A DNA stretch of 64,000 nt from the IMG/VR virus record IMGVR_UViG_3300021256_000074, positions 1 through 64,000 of that record; one strand, written 5' to 3'. Below are positions 61,837 through 64,000 of the stretch, one piece after another (position 1 is the first letter of the stretch; every line of letters begins with the position of its first letter). The position numbers and the translations under genes were made by a program. The notes beneath the pieces are model-generated. The model was not told the origin of the DNA and made no database searches. It was given only the letters and a program-made list of their open reading frames with translations. The stretch comes from a virus (lineage: Duplodnaviria; Caudoviricetes).

Positions 61837-62589
61837 ATGGTAGTTGAATTAAAAATTAAGAAAAAGAATCCCTGGGCAGGGTTGGTTAAATATAAGGCAT
61901 GTTTTGATTATATTGCTCCTTATTTTACTCGGTCTGGGTCGATATATACGGGTCTTACTCCCGAAGATGAAAAATATTACGAGAAGGTTTTAGGTTATGA
62001 AGACGGCCACCTTTCAAAGACTAGCTCTTTTTGGGATACATTCTGCGTAAAGGTTGGTGCTCGCGGTCTTATTCTTGACGACTCAATTCCTCGCCAGGAG
62101 ATGATTATAAAGTTCCTCAGTGGTCATAAACGTGTGGCTACGTCATTGGACAAGCTTACTGCTGGTAAAGACTACCTTTTGATTAATCGCCAGGCTGAAG
62201 CTATTGAGGCTAATAAGATCAACAAGCTTCGTAGAGATGCTATCAAAGAGTTCGATAAACTGTCTCTTGATCAGATGCGCAAATGTCTGCGCCTGTTTGG
62301 CACAAACGCTGACAGACTTTCAAACGAACTTGTTGAGTCTACACTGTTCAGTATTGTAGACAAGCAGCCTAAGCGTTTCTTCGAGAAATGGGTTGACAAT
62401 AAGACAAAGGAGACAGAATACTTGCTTGAGCAGGCTATTGCAAAAGGTGTAATCCGTAAAGATAAGACACATTACTTCTACGGAAGCGATATGTTTGCAG
62501 ATAGTCTTGAAGACGCAATTGCTTATCTGGACAACAAGAAGAATCAGGACCTGAAGCTTTCGATTATTAACGAAACAGAAAATAAGTGA
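61837..62589 (+). CDS. Conserved crAss-like protein downstream of MCP
   Basis: TGLTPEDE...FW...AIAKGVIRK...YL-x-NKKNQD. Confidence 0.8.
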   Translation: MVVELKIKKKNPWAGLVKYKACFDYIAPYFTRSGSIYTGLTPEDEKYYEKVLGYEDGHLSKTSSFWDTFCVKVGARGLILDDSIPRQEMIIKFLSGHKRVATSLDKLTAGKDYLLINRQAEAIEANKINKLRRDAIKEFDKLSLDQMRKCLRLFGTNADRLSNELVESTLFSIVDKQPKRFFEKWVDNKTKETEYLLEQAIAKGVIRKDKTHYFYGSDMFADSLEDAIAYLDNKKNQDLKLSIINETENK

Positions 62590-62609
62590 TTTAATCACAA
62601 GAATGAGAT

Positions 62610-63356
62610 ATGACGCATAAAGACATATACATTAAATTCATGATAGAATATGACAAGGCTAATGTTACTTCGTCATATCCATCTTTAACAGAATACGAAG
62701 TCGCTACAGTTTTAGATAAAGCTTATAACGCACTTATCGCTCAGAAAATCACTGGTAATAATATAAGACGTTCTGGTTTTGAAACAGACACAAAAGCCAT
62801 ATCTGACTTATAGCCGCTTGTTGTCACACAGAGTGAAAGCTTGGTTGATTCAGAAAACAACGTTGCTAGATATAAACTGCCAACTAACTTCTTATACTTT
62901 ATAAGTGCTAAACTATCAAGGAACGTAAATCCAGATACTCCGATGGACGGAACTAAACAGCGTCCTGTGAACGTAGATTTGGTCACGCACGAAATAGCTG
63001 ACAAGTTTATAATCAGCGATACAAACCTTCCTTGGGTAAAGCAGCCGAAAGCATATATTGAATCTGGTAATATATTTGTTGTATACGATCCTATACAAGA
63101 ACCTAGAACAGATTCGCTGGATGTCACTTATATAAAAACACCCAACAAGTTTGCCAAAGATGAAGCGGACATAAGTCTTACTTATTTTGACTGCAATCCT
63201 GATGACGAAAATCAAGCACGCCTGTTGAAATATAATTTCGAATGCAATGATACCGTTGCAGAAGAGCTTGTAAGTCTTGCGATAGTATTTGCTTTAGAGA
63301 ATATAGAATCACAACGATTGAATAGTAAACTTAACACAAGAGGACTTGAAGCATGA
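62610..63356 (+). CDS. Probable neck/ring structural protein (248 aa, 1 TAG=Gln)
   Basis: YDK...EVATVLDKAY...GFE...ISDL(Q)PL...YIKTP...EELVSLA. Confidence 0.75.
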
Positions 63357-64000
63357 CCGAAACTCAAACTAGACAGTTAGGTATTGAATTCGAAAGACGG
63401 GTTCAGACCATGATACCAGAAAGAGAATTAAATAAGTTGGATACGGATACCATCTATTCGTATTTAAACCAATATCAAGACAAATATATACACGAAATAT
63501 ATAGAAGCCTTGACCAAATTCCTTCGGGTACAAAATTATCTGCACATATAGAAAGTATTCTGCAAAGTTTACTTAGCTCTTTTGAAATAAATCGTTCACA
63601 GGAAAACACTTGGGTTTTTGGAGATAATTTTCCAATAGAGCTTCAATAGAGTGGTGCTGTAATAGATCTCAATGGAGTAAATCTGATAGATACCGCAAGA
63701 TCTATTACGTTTGTTCTTCCTGAAGACTTCTATATGTACGTGAGAAGTGTATCTAAAGTAGACAAGACATTTAGCTTTAGAGGTGCTCACGACAGCGAAA
63801 AGAACATAAGAATACTCCCAAATCAGTTGGTATCACAAAATGAAGTGTGGAAGCTTATAGAAACGCCCCATAATACCCTTAGGATATTGAGATATCCTGC
63901 AGCAGTGTTGAACGTCAAGCAGCAAGATAAACCAGTAATTTCTATAATTCACGATCAGTATACAAATATAACTGGCATAAAAGTAATATATTACAAGCAG
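63353..64000 (+). CDS. Probable neck/ring structural protein, paralogous to the previous gene (partial, TAG=Gln)
   Basis: EFERRVQ...YSYLNQYQ...LPEDFYMYVRS; runs off the window end. Confidence 0.72.

Noticed and set aside
37289-64000. Fragmented late genes read as pseudogenes, frameshifts or intron-split genes
   Set aside because: Fragments stay in one frame, are broken only by TAG, and a CUA tRNA is present
1-64000. Release factor, aminoacyl-tRNA synthetase, smpB, RNA polymerase, integrase or reverse transcriptase genes
   Set aside because: No recognisable motifs in this window; they may lie outside it

Overview
This window is a 64-kb segment of a crAss-like (Crassvirales-type) Bacteroidota phage with two functional arms. 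The left arm (1 to ~32.7 kb, minus strand, standard genetic code) holds the replication module: PD-(D/E)XK nucleases, an AAA ATPase, primase, SSB-like protein, Sak4-like ATPase, DnaB helicase and family B DNA polymerase. It also carries an ECF sigma factor, many orphan genes and a very dense set of non-coding RNAs. The right arm (from ~32.9 kb, mostly plus strand) holds GroES-like, HU-like and dUTPase genes, tail/receptor-binding genes including a 2277-aa protein, GH108 endolysin, terminase, portal, major capsid protein and neighbouring conserved genes. In the right arm TAG is read as Gln, so the supplied ORF track fragments these genes, and a CUA-anticodon suppressor tRNA lies at 36513-36587. 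The most unusual signals are RNA-level or regulatory: (1) a circularly permuted (two-piece) tmRNA gene; (2) a conserved 14-nt loop motif on variable-sequence hairpins, found at replication-gene start codons and clustered four times in a non-coding locus (operator plus sponge-like layout); (3) a twister and a hammerhead ribozyme on the same strand; (4) many truncated or expanded tRNA-like elements; (5) back-to-back ECF-type promoters facing the recoded late genes; and (6) a 2.3-kb ORF-free structured region. All calls were made by eye from the sequence; no searches were run.
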